Source: Spirochaetia bacterium (lineage in GTDB: Bacteria; Spirochaetota; Spirochaetia; G963692905). Taken from it: DNA of 64,000 nucleotides. Shown here one piece after another: positions 35,741-44,823 of this stretch. The notes below the pieces were generated by a model. It saw only the letters and a list, made by a program, of their open reading frames with translations, made no database searches and was not told where the DNA came from. Each line of letters begins with the position of its first letter. Within the stretch, counting starts at the first letter, position 1. The stretch lies in NCBI GenBank assembly GCA_965220165.1, contig CBDCPJ010000053.1:7143-71142 (forward strand), read 5' to 3'. Made by a program: the position numbers and the translations under genes.

Positions 35741-36010
35741 CTATTTCCGGAGATTCAACTGACGTAGCACCGATCGATATCGTTCCATATCGTTATTTTG
35801 TAAATATCGAAGCAATCGCCGCCGTTTGCCCACCATCTTGAGCAAGCCCCGCCGCGAGCTATGGTCTTTCGAATGCATCTTAAAATGGTCGGTAAGATAC
35901 CGAATTCGTGTGGTCAACAGGGCTATCTGCACCTCTGTTTTCCCGCTATCTTTGGCAGTTACGCCAAACTGTTTAATAATCGACTGCGTGTCGATCACAC
36001 TACTTGACAT
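35741..36010 (-). CDS. rpsO: 30S ribosomal protein S15
   Basis: 89 aa. [12 protein letters not shown]-like motif. Classic pnp-rpsO pair. Confidence 0.9.
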   Translation of the reverse strand: MSSSVIDTQSIIKQFGVTAKDSGKTEVQIALLTTRIRYLTDHFKMHSKDHSSRRGLLKMVGKRRRLLRYLQNNDMERYRSVLRQLNLRK

Positions 36011-36128
36011 GGTATATACAGTCTCCTTTTATGTGTCACTACGGATATACAAAATATAATAAATCAAAAACCGCATTTATGCAAGGGCATATTTTCAATT
36101 AAAATAATAAGAAGGGGAAATACAAGAA

Positions 36129-36425
36129 GGGGGAAGCCCCCTACGCTCCATAGCGGCTCCGCGTCTCGCAAAGCTCGACGCGGACCGCGTCCGTCTGATC
36201 GGGCTCCGCTCGCGCTCCGCCCTGACAGACGCTGCCGGCTATTGCGCTACCCCCGGGCAACTCTTCAACCGGCCACAAGCCTCCCGCTCCATGACGGGCC
36301 AGCTCCGCGCGAATAGTAGTCGTAGACGATATCGGTATAATTTCACAATAACCTCTTGACATTTATTGAAAAATTGTTAATCACAATGTGAGATAATTTC
36401 TGACTATATTTAAAATGAGGAATAT
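36129..36425. repeat. full copy R1 of ~297-bp composite repeat (GC-rich palindromic module + AT-rich promoter/SD module)
   Basis: Near-identical to 37911-38206 and 44824-45120. Starts with GGGGGAAGCCCCC hairpin. Ends ...TTGACA...TGtGAGATAAT...AAAATGAGGAATAT. Confidence 0.85.
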
Positions 36426-36427
36426 GG

Positions 36428-37789
36428 GTGCAAATGGATGTGAATGATATTGGGTTATACAGTTGGCGGAAGTTCTTTAGAGGATTGGGCAAAAAGCTAT
36501 GTGAGATTGGCGACCAAAATAATCGAAATAATCGAAATGACAAGATGTGCCGGTTAGCGAAGGATATTTTTGGAGATGATAAAGCCAGCGATCCTGTTTC
36601 GTTTGTTTGTCGGTGCTCTCGGAATAAAGATAAAAACACATGGAAAAAAATCACATGGAAAGGTAGCCGAAAAATATGGGTTGCTGTTTGCAGATATCAA
36701 GGATCATAGCTATCCTGTTGCAACAAACGATAAGTATGCCAAGTGTGATGCTAACGAATACAATGCTCTCTGGGAGATATTTGTAGCGGCATACAAAGCG
36801 AAGAAAATCGGTGGATTCGATGTCGATAACGCGCTTCGATTAACCGCCTCGTCGCTAGAGCGCTGTCGATTAAAGAGATCAGCGTTCCAAAGCTTACGCA
36901 TGTGCTTTTTTTGATCAATCCCGATGTTTTTGTCCCCATAGACAAGCACACATGCATTCCGCTCACTGCGATCTATAGCGATAAAGGAAACACAAACAAA
37001 ATTTTGACGAGCATAAAAAAAGGCACGTATAAATATGTTGATGCGGCGAGGGAGTTGTCCGACTGTTTTCCCAAATGTAAGCCATACGAAATATCACTTT
37101 TCTGTCGATTAGCGGCATATTATGTAGATTCTAGAAGCCTGATGGTTAATGCAAGAGATGGGATCAAACAATTAGTGGGCGAGGATTTAGTGGGCGAGGA
37201 TTTTGGGCAGGGATTTTGAGCTGGCTGATGAGGTGAGGTTGGTTTCAGATAAACCGGAAGGCGACGAGGACTCAAAAATGTGGGAATTCAGAGAAAATAA
37301 CCACGTTCGGCTAGGCTTGCTAATAGACGACGAAAGCAATGGTAACCGCGATAACACCACTACTTATTATCGGGATTATGCGAAGGTTAAGCCTGGCTGG
37401 TTCATGATTGCTATCAGTGGGCAATCTGTTTGTATGTTGGGATTGGTGGTACAAAGCTCAGCGTATGGAAAGAATCTGGAGGAATTTAAAAAGGATCAGT
37501 ATCCTATTCATGTAGTCTGGATGAATTGCGAAAAACCTCATAACGTGGATGGAGGCAAGAAGCCTTCCCTACATCGATATAACAGCTCATGGAAGATGGA
37601 GCCCGACGTAGAACAAAATTTTCCCAAATCGTATAGGATTATCAAAGCTATACAAGCCGGGCACCGGTAAAACATATCTTGCAAAAGAAGTTGCAGCTCT
37701 GATAAATATGAATGTGCAGTTCATCCGTCATACGACTATACCGATTTTGTCGAGGGTTTGCGGCCGGTAAATGAGGATAGCGACGCTTG
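36428..37789 (+). pseudogene. McrB-like AAA+ GTPase (5-methylcytosine restriction subunit B family), copy 1, frameshifted and truncated
   Basis: Fragments in three frames. Ends with Walker A KPGTGKTYLAKEVAA and, after repairing 1-nt shift, QFHPSYDYTDFVEGLRPV (McrB signature). Truncated at duplication junction 37789. Confidence 0.6.
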
Positions 37790-37910
37790 ACATGGTATAT
37801 ACAGTCTCCTTTTGTATGTCACTACGGATATACAAAATATAATAAATCAAAAACCGCATTTATGCAAGGGCATATTTTCAATTAAATAATAAGAAGGGGA
37901 AATACAAGAA

Positions 37911-38206
37911 GGGGGAAGCCCCCTACGCTCCATAGCGGCTCCGCGTCTCGCAAAGCTCGACGCGGACCGCGTCCGTCTGATCGGGCTCCGCTCGCGCTCC
38001 GCCCTGACAGACGCTGCCGGCTATTGCGCTACCCCCGGGCAACTCTTCAACCGGCCACAAGCCTCCCGCTCCATGACGGGCCAGCTCCGCGCGAATAGTA
38101 GTTAGACGATATCGGTATAATTTCACAATAACCTCTTGACATTTATTGAAAAATTGTTAATCACAATGTGAGATAATTTCTGACTATATTTAAAAGGAGG
38201 AATATA
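37911..38206. repeat. full copy R2 of composite repeat
   Basis: ~99% identical to R1 (3-bp deletion). Ends AAAAGGAGGAATATA. Confidence 0.85.
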
Positions 38207-38263
38207 GGTGCAAATGATGAGAATGATATTGGGTTATACAGTTGGCGGAAGTTCTTTAGAGGA

Positions 38264-39452
38264 TTGGGCGAAAAGCTATGTGAGATTGACGACCAAAATA
38301 ATCGAAATGATCGAGATGACAAGATGCGCCGGTTAGCGAATGATATTTTTGAAGATGATAAAGCCAGCGATCCTGTTTCGTTTGTTTGTCGGTGCTCTCG
38401 GAATAAAAAACACATGGGAAGGGTAGCCGAAAAATATGGGTTGCTGTTTGCAGATATCAAGGATCATAGCTATCCTGTTGCAACAGACGATAAGTATGCC
38501 AAGTGTGATGCTAGCGAACACGATGCTCTCTGGATGATATTTGTAGTGGCATACAACGCGAAGAAAATCGGTAGATATATCGATTTCGATCACGCGTTTG
38601 TGACTAACCGCATCGTCGATAGAGCTCTGTCGATTAAAGAGATCAGCGTTCCAAAGCTTACGCATGCGCTTTTTTTGATCAATCCCGATGTTTTTGTCCC
38701 CATAGACAAGCACACATGCATTCCGCTCACTGCGAACTATAGAGATAAAGGAGACACAGACAAAATTTTGACGAGCATAAAAAGCGGCACGTATAAATAT
38801 GTTGATGCGGCGAGGGATTTGTCCAACTGTTTTCCCAAACGTAAGCCATACGAAATATCACTTTTCTGTCGATTAGCGTCACCACAACTACTTGCCGGGA
38901 TTATGTGGAGGTTAAGCCTGGATGGTTCATGATTGCTATCAGTGGGCAATCTTTTTGTAAGTTGGGATTGGTGGTACAAAGCTCAGCGGATGGAAAGAAT
39001 CTGGAGGAATTTAAAAAGGATCAGTATCCTATTCATGTAGTCTGGATGAATTTCGAAAAACCTCATAACGTGGATGGAGGCAAGAAGCCTTCCCTACATC
39101 GATATAACAGCTCATGGAAGATGGAGCCCGACGTAGAACAAAATTTTCCCAAATCGTATAGGATTATCAAAGCTATACAAGCCGGGCACCGGTAAAACAT
39201 ATCTTGCAAAAGAAGTTGCAGCTCTGATAAATATGAATTTGTGCAGTTCCATCCGTCATACGACTATGATGAAACGCAAAAGATATATCCCGATTTTTAC
39301 CACAAAGATCAGCCGATAGTATTGTCAGGATACCTATGAGCAAAGACTATAATGATTTTCAGCAGTTCTGTGAGAAAATGGACGAGGCAGAGAAGAAGTT
39401 TATTGAGGAAATAGGCAAGACTGATTGTACATCTGGCAAAAATATTGAGTAA
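38264..39452 (+). pseudogene. McrB-like AAA+ GTPase, copy 2, decayed (N-terminal frameshift, ~250-bp internal deletion, AAA+ region scrambled)
   Basis: ~93% nt identity to copy 1. Retains KPGTGKTYLAKEVAA and FVQFHPSYDY. No McrC partner downstream. Confidence 0.55.
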
Positions 39453-39469
39453 CAAGCGCTTGTTACAAA

Positions 39470-40186
39470 TTAAATACTCGCATTGTCTGCATTACTCCGG
39501 CCTGTTTTCAAGCAATCGCAATCTAAACCCTTCAAAATATTTCTAACAGATTCAATTTTAACTAGTTCGATAACAAAGTAGCGTAGGTTCTGCGGCGCGC
39601 CATGCGCGCGAGACCATACTATTTCATTATAGTCTATTTCTAGTAGTTCGCAGAACTCCTGCCCGGTAAGTACCTCTTCATAGTTTATTTTTTTCTTAAA
39701 ACCGTTCACAATAGCGTTTCGGTCATCCTGATTGAAACAGCAAAAATGCGCTTTTACTTTGTATGGCACATTACGCGCGGTCTCTTCGATAAAAGATTTC
39801 ATAGCATTTTTTTCGGCATCTGACTTCTTGGTATCAAACGAATCTCCGTCTTTCAGTTCTACCAGATGACAATATTGTTCGCCCATTCTGTGTTTGAAGA
39901 TCATAAAATCCGGTTCGAATCCTTTTTTTGTACTTAGGGCATTGCATTTTTTGACTTTTTGCTTATCTGCTACTACAACCCCTTCCGGCATGCTTTGCAT
40001 CGAAAGAAAATCGTCCAAGTCTTCTATCAACGTGACTTTATTTTTAATAATGCGTTCCAATTCGGTGCCCGCTGATATCATGGCTGAATGGGCACGGCTT
40101 ACCAAACACCCTACTTCATCGTCTCCGAATAGGCGACTGTATCCGCTTCCCTTCGATCGTCCCTTCGCGTTTTCTATAAGCGCCAT
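39470..40186 (-). CDS. putative Type II restriction endonuclease (PD-ExK fold)
   Basis: FEPDFMIFKH...HLVELKDG gives PD...ExK spacing. Start codon adjacent to (abuts) methyltransferase stop (TAGATG). Confidence 0.5.
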   Translation of the reverse strand: MALIENAKGRSKGSGYSRLFGDDEVGCLVSRAHSAMISAGTELERIIKNKVTLIEDLDDFLSMQSMPEGVVVADKQKVKKCNALSTKKGFEPDFMIFKHRMGEQYCHLVELKDGDSFDTKKSDAEKNAMKSFIEETARNVPYKVKAHFCCFNQDDRNAIVNGFKKKINYEEVLTGQEFCELLEIDYNEIVWSRAHGAPQNLRYFVIELVKIESVRNILKGLDCDCLKTGRSNADNASI

Positions 40187-40984
40187 CTAGCCGTTCAGGT
40201 CGCAGCCCAGAAAGTCGCGTTTCTGTAGCTTGCAGGCCTCCATCACCGAAAAACTTCCAGCGGCCGGGTCGATCACAATATCGCCCTCGTTGGATACGGC
40301 GGCAATCAATGTGCCTTGCAGGTTGATAGGCTTCTTATGCGTGTGTCCGCTTCTTTGTACCTTCTCCACCAATACATCGGGAATGTCGTGAATCTTCCAG
40401 ACCCCTTTTGCCCTTAGCGGCTTTTTTTGCAACACTACGACATGCTCGCTGGATCGACGCGTCCGATACCCCATGCCGATTCTGTCTTTATGCCACGTAA
40501 CCATATCCACGACGCTCAGATGCGTTTCGTTCAGCCACTCCGAAAATCCGGTGCAAAGGTGAAATTTGTCCATCCAGAGAAAAAGATGGCCGCTTGGTAT
40601 CAGGACATTGGATATTCTCCGTATAAATTGGCATATTTTTTCCTCGTCCATCTGCTCCAGCGCAAAACGTTGTTGCCCGCGATTTTTGCCCTCGTTGCCA
40701 TACCCCAATTTATCCAGCACGCCTCGATATTGCGGATCAAAAAAAGCGACGGGAATGCTGTCTGCGGGCAATTTGCCAAGGAATTTCAGTCCGTCCATTT
40801 TCAGGCGCGTATTGAGGCGCAATCCTCGCGGAATTGCTATTTTGGGAGATTGAACTTCCCGATTGTTGCCAAACACAGTATTCTGCGTCGTATCGGGGAT
40901 AGGATCGGCATTTTTTATCTTTCGAGCCGGGCTGCTCATAAATTTGCTCCCGAACAGGGCAAGCAATTGCATTTGGCGCCGCAT
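40187..40984 (-). CDS. beta-class DNA methyltransferase (N6-adenine or N4-cytosine), motif IV variant DPQY
   Basis: ...LPADSIPVAFFDPQY (motif IV) precedes HTHKKPINLQGTLIAAVSNEGDIVIDPAAGSFSVMEACKLQKRDFLGCDLN (motif I, FxGxG-type). Order IV->I indicates beta class. Confidence 0.75.
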   Translation of the reverse strand: MRRQMQLLALFGSKFMSSPARKIKNADPIPDTTQNTVFGNNREVQSPKIAIPRGLRLNTRLKMDGLKFLGKLPADSIPVAFFDPQYRGVLDKLGYGNEGKNRGQQRFALEQMDEEKICQFIRRISNVLIPSGHLFLWMDKFHLCTGFSEWLNETHLSVVDMVTWHKDRIGMGYRTRRSSEHVVVLQKKPLRAKGVWKIHDIPDVLVEKVQRSGHTHKKPINLQGTLIAAVSNEGDIVIDPAAGSFSVMEACKLQKRDFLGCDLNG

Positions 40985-41065
40985 AGCGCTTGGGCTTGCG
41001 GAATATCCATTCTATAAAGGTTCATAGCGCTACGTGTTGTCTCCAATTCATCAGGCATTATTGAG

Positions 41066-41127
41066 ATTATATTGAACACAATAATTGTTTTCATCAAGTA
41101 CTATTATTATATTTAACACAATAATCG
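41066..41127. promoter_or_regulatory. pair of 22-bp direct repeats, each with internal dyad TATTG-N4-CAATA, upstream of R-M operon
   Basis: ATTATATTGAACACAATAATTG at 41066 and ATTATATTTAACACAATAATCG at 41106. 40-bp phasing. 80-140 nt upstream of methyltransferase start. Confidence 0.4.
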
Positions 41128-41158
41128 CCCGTTTTTACAATTCAGCAACTATTTCTTT

Positions 41159-43003
41159 TCATAGACAATCCCTAATCAGCGAACGATGCCACTTTAAGAG
41201 CATATCATGCGATCGAGCGGCCACCGACGCGTCGGGATGCTCTACATCCACGATAATGCGCAAGAGCGGCTCGGTGCCCGACTGACGCATCCAGAGCGAC
41301 GCGGCGGGCACCCCGTCGCAGCGACTGACGACAATCTTGATGCCGCCGCTCGATGGCGGCCGTTCCTGACCAGTGGCGACAATCTCGCGGTCGCCCGTCG
41401 AGTAGATCGCGCGGGGCGTTGAACTCGCCGCCCACAACAGCGCCGCTTGGCGGTGAAACGGTGTATCCTCGCGGCTCCACCGCTCCCGAAAAAGCTCCCG
41501 ATATCTTCGGGTAAACCCTCCCCAATCCTCTACGGAAAGCTCCATTTTGGCGCGAGAATCGCCGGTTTCGGTCGTCGCAAAGCTCGGCAACGAAGCGATA
41601 AGAAGCCCTATCGACCGATCCGCCTCTATGCGGCCGCCCCCGCGCCGCAACCGCGAGCGATCGATCCAGCGATCAAACAGCGCAATGCCCCGCTCGTCGT
41701 CGGCAAATAAGAGCGACAGCAGGCTCCCGATAGCCAGCAGCGGGTCTCGGACGGTCGACGGCGACATAATTGCCCCGCCATTCGATCCTTCGCCCGCAAT
41801 CGGCACATGGTAGCCCTTTTCAGCCAGCCGCTCGGCCAACGAAACGACATTCGCCTCGCCCACCTCGGCGCGATAGACCGCCGCCCCAAAACTGGCCGCG
41901 ATGCGGTCGATGGCGAACGACGTGGGCGCGTTGATCGCGACGGCGATCGGGCGTTGGCGACCGCTTTTCGCCGTCTGGCGAGCGAGCGTCGCGATAACCG
42001 CCACAGCAAACATCTGCTGCGCGGTCAACACCTTGCTCTCCGCGCCGTCCCAATAGCAAATATTGCCCCGATCGCCATCGCAGTCGGGCATATACCCAAA
42101 CGCGACATCCCGCGCGCCGGAGCCCTGCAGCGAAAGCTCCGCTCGGCATGCCTCCAACGAGTCGCCCTCCGGAACGATGGCATGCGCGATCTCGTCGGCA
42201 TTGAGTTCCGCCAGTTGGACGCCGGAGCCGCGCAACATTGCCCGATCGATGGAGGTCGCCCGCGCGCTTCCGTTGTAATCCATCACCACGCGGCACCCTC
42301 GCTCGCGGATACGCCGCGCGATCGTGTCGCCAAAGTCCATCGACCCGTCGCCCATCGACCCGTCGAGCCGGCCGCTCTCCCGCATATCCCCCGCCGCCCC
42401 CACATCTCCAGAGATAATCTTCCGACACTGCGTCGCGTAGCATCGACGAGCGACCGCCCGCGCATCGGGAGTCGCGCTATAGACAGCCTCTATTCGCGAC
42501 GGATCGACCGATAAACATTTCCGCTCGATCGACGCCCATCGTTCGGGCATAGCGCGCAACGCGGCGAAACGGGAAAGCGTCGCCTCCGCGCGATCAGGAG
42601 CAAGTATACGGCCGTCGCCCATCGCCAACTTGATCCCATTGTACCCAATTGGATTATGGCTTGCGGTAATGCACAGCGCGGCCGCTATCTGGCTATCAAC
42701 GCGCGCATAGCAGAGGAGCTCGGTAATCGGCGCCACATCAAGGTAGCGAACCGAATGGCCGCGAGCAAGGAGCGCCGCGATTATTGCCCGCGCCAACGGC
42801 TCGCCGGTGGGGCGACTATCGCGCGCCAACGCGATTGCCCCGACACCCGTCCCCCCGGAATCCTCGCCGTCTAGGTAGTCGCAGAACGCCCAAACGACCA
42901 GCGTAAATAATGTAAGACGCGGCGGCGCCACAAGAGGCGATCTACTCTCGGGATTATCATCTCCCGCTGCTATCGCACGGTATCCAGATATTGAAGCAAT
43001 CAT
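41159..43003 (-). CDS. phosphoglucomutase/phosphomannomutase family protein
   Basis: Active-site CITASHNPIGYNGIKLA (TASHNP phosphoserine loop). 614 aa. Confidence 0.8.
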   Translation of the reverse strand: MIASISGYRAIAAGDDNPESRSPLVAPPRLTLFTLVVWAFCDYLDGEDSGGTGVGAIALARDSRPTGEPLARAIIAALLARGHSVRYLDVAPITELLCYARVDSQIAAALCITASHNPIGYNGIKLAMGDGRILAPDRAEATLSRFAALRAMPERWASIERKCLSVDPSRIEAVYSATPDARAVARRCYATQCRKIISGDVGAAGDMRESGRLDGSMGDGSMDFGDTIARRIRERGCRVVMDYNGSARATSIDRAMLRGSGVQLAELNADEIAHAIVPEGDSLEACRAELSLQGSGARDVAFGYMPDCDGDRGNICYWDGAESKVLTAQQMFAVAVIATLARQTAKSGRQRPIAVAINAPTSFAIDRIAASFGAAVYRAEVGEANVVSLAERLAEKGYHVPIAGEGSNGGAIMSPSTVRDPLLAIGSLLSLLFADDERGIALFDRWIDRSRLRRGGGRIEADRSIGLLIASLPSFATTETGDSRAKMELSVEDWGGFTRRYRELFRERWSREDTPFHRQAALLWAASSTPRAIYSTGDREIVATGQERPPSSGGIKIVVSRCDGVPAASLWMRQSGTEPLLRIIVDVEHPDASVAARSHDMLLKWHRSLIRDCL

Positions 43004-43119
43004 ATAGTATCTATCGGAAAAATGCGTTCTTTTTTCGAATCGCGACGCATGAATTTAATATCTTCTTGCCTTATATAGATAACAATAAAGCGAAGACATG
43101 CCGACATTCAACAGAATAC

Positions 43120-44298
43120 ATGAAGATAGCGAGATACATACAGAAAATTATAAACATTGTCATTCGATGGGTGCGGATATCGCAATATGCCCGCCCCACG
43201 CTCTTTTTCCTCTTTTTTCTCGTTATCTGCGCCGCCCTCGCGGTGATGTTCGAAATGAACACCAACGGACAGTTCAACAACATTATCGACGGGTTTTGGT
43301 GGGTTATTATCACCTTTAGCACCACCGGTTATGGAGACAAGGTGCCGGTAACAATTGGCGGTCGCATCATCGCCATTTTGACGATATTGATCGGAATCAC
43401 CGGCATGAGTCTGTTATCGGGCGGATTGGCGTCATGGTTGGTAGAACGAAATACTAGGGCAAGGAGAGGTCTTGTGGATTACAGCTATCTTAAAAATCAT
43501 ATTATTGTCTGCGGATGGAAACCCGATATGGCCGACATACTATTGGGGATGATCGCGTCCGCCGACGATCTGTCGGGCGAAAATATTGTGATTATATCCA
43601 ATGTTCCCAGCGAGCGCATCGACGCGCTGCATGACAGAGACGAACTGCGCGCGGTGCGATTTGTGCACGGCGACTATTTTTCCGAAACGCCATTGTTGCG
43701 CGCGGGAGTCAAGAAGGCCAAAAAGGTGATGATTCTCGCCGACTCGCTAGAGAGCCATGGAGTTACGGAGGTCGATTCAAAAACCGTATTGGCGGTGTTG
43801 ACGATCAAATCGATATCTCGCGAAGTCTACGTTACCGCCGAACTTCTTGATAAAAAGTATGAAAGCTACCTCAAACAGGCCGCTTGCGACGAAATTCTTT
43901 TCAGTCAAGAAATGTCGCGCCACCTTTTGGCCAGCGCCTCGCATACCAATGGACTAAGCCACATATTTTACGCGTTGCTCTCTCATAACGAGCATCAAGT
44001 TCGCCTCACAACCGTTGAAATCCCCGCGATGTTTATCGAGCGAACCTACACCGACTTTAAGGAACACGTAGAAAAGCAGGAGCGCTGTCAGTTGATCGGG
44101 GTATTAGAGAATGCCGGATCGCCGGCGCGAATGAAAATAGACGCGCTTCGTTCGGCGCAAAAAACTTCGGATGTCTCTCGATTGATCAACAACCTCCAGC
44201 GAGTCAAAGGGCTAGAGGTAAACAGGCCGGTATTCACGCCGCCCAGCGACTATAAAATCAACGCAAACTCCCTCGGCATTTTAGTGGAGCATATTTAG
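43120..44298 (+). CDS. 2-TM potassium channel with C-terminal RCK (TrkA-N) domain
   Basis: Selectivity filter TTGYGD between two TM helices. Rossmann-like HIIVCGWKPDMADILL (RCK). Track ORF from 42991; start more likely Met at 43120. Confidence 0.75.
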   Translation: MKIARYIQKIINIVIRWVRISQYARPTLFFLFFLVICAALAVMFEMNTNGQFNNIIDGFWWVIITFSTTGYGDKVPVTIGGRIIAILTILIGITGMSLLSGGLASWLVERNTRARRGLVDYSYLKNHIIVCGWKPDMADILLGMIASADDLSGENIVIISNVPSERIDALHDRDELRAVRFVHGDYFSETPLLRAGVKKAKKVMILADSLESHGVTEVDSKTVLAVLTIKSISREVYVTAELLDKKYESYLKQAACDEILFSQEMSRHLLASASHTNGLSHIFYALLSHNEHQVRLTTVEIPAMFIERTYTDFKEHVEKQERCQLIGVLENAGSPARMKIDALRSAQKTSDVSRLINNLQRVKGLEVNRPVFTPPSDYKINANSLGILVEHI

Positions 44299-44299
44299 T

Positions 44300-44794
44300 A
44301 TGAGCAGAGCGGAGATATTTCAAAAGCTAGAGCAGATCCACATCTTTGAGAAGCTCTGCTCAAGCTCTGAAGACGCGGACAGGTTGATAAACATTATCCG
44401 CCGCGTAAAATATCAAAAAAATAGGATAGTGATTCATGAAGGCGAATTGGGAAACGATATGTTCATCGTCTATTCCGGATCGGTGCAGATACGAAAACGC
44501 ACGCGAGCGGGCGACAGCTACACGGTGGTCAACCTCTCCGCCGATCAAAATGTTTTCTTTGGCGAACTGGCGCTGATCGACGACGACAAACGATCGGCGA
44601 CCGTCCGCACCTTGAGCGACTGCGAATTTTTAGTGCTCGATAAGGCCGATTTCATCAAACTGGGCAACGACTATCCACACATCGCCCTGCCCATCACCCG
44701 CGCGATCTCGCAAATTCTCGCCGGCCGATTGCGACGCACGACAGCCGATATGCTTACCATTTTCGACGCGCTGGTCAACGAGCTATCGGGATAA
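44300..44794 (+). CDS. stand-alone cyclic-nucleotide-binding (CNB) domain protein
   Basis: FGELALIDDDKRSATVRT...DF motifs of CAP-family cNMP-binding fold. 164 aa, no output domain. Start 1 nt after channel stop. Confidence 0.75.
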   Translation: MSRAEIFQKLEQIHIFEKLCSSSEDADRLINIIRRVKYQKNRIVIHEGELGNDMFIVYSGSVQIRKRTRAGDSYTVVNLSADQNVFFGELALIDDDKRSATVRTLSDCEFLVLDKADFIKLGNDYPHIALPITRAISQILAGRLRRTTADMLTIFDALVNELSG

Positions 44795-44823
44795 TCCCCC
44801 ACAATACAATACAATATCATAAG

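Noticed and set aside
36129-36141. GGGGGAAGCCCCC hairpin as rho-independent terminator
   Set aside because: On the plus strand it is not followed by a T-run. On the minus strand it is followed only by TTCTT. It may add to insulation but is not a convincing intrinsic terminator by itself, so it is folded into the repeat description.
36141-36362. 73-aa minus-strand ORF (MSRGYCEIIPISS...) present in all three full repeat copies (also 37923-38126, 44835-45056)
   Set aside because: The copies are ~99% identical at nucleotide level, so ORF conservation carries no information. The partial copies at 6398 and 54700 do not preserve the frame. Composition is driven by the GC-rich palindrome, so it is treated as non-coding.
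36011-39452. Integron-like cassette array (repeat-ORF-repeat-ORF)
   Set aside because: No intI gene. The repeat lies 5' of each ORF and carries a promoter, which is the opposite of attC logic. I found no R''/R' core sites (RYYYAAC/GTTRRRY) at its ends. The tandem structure is explained by a segmental duplication that also copied the rpsO start.
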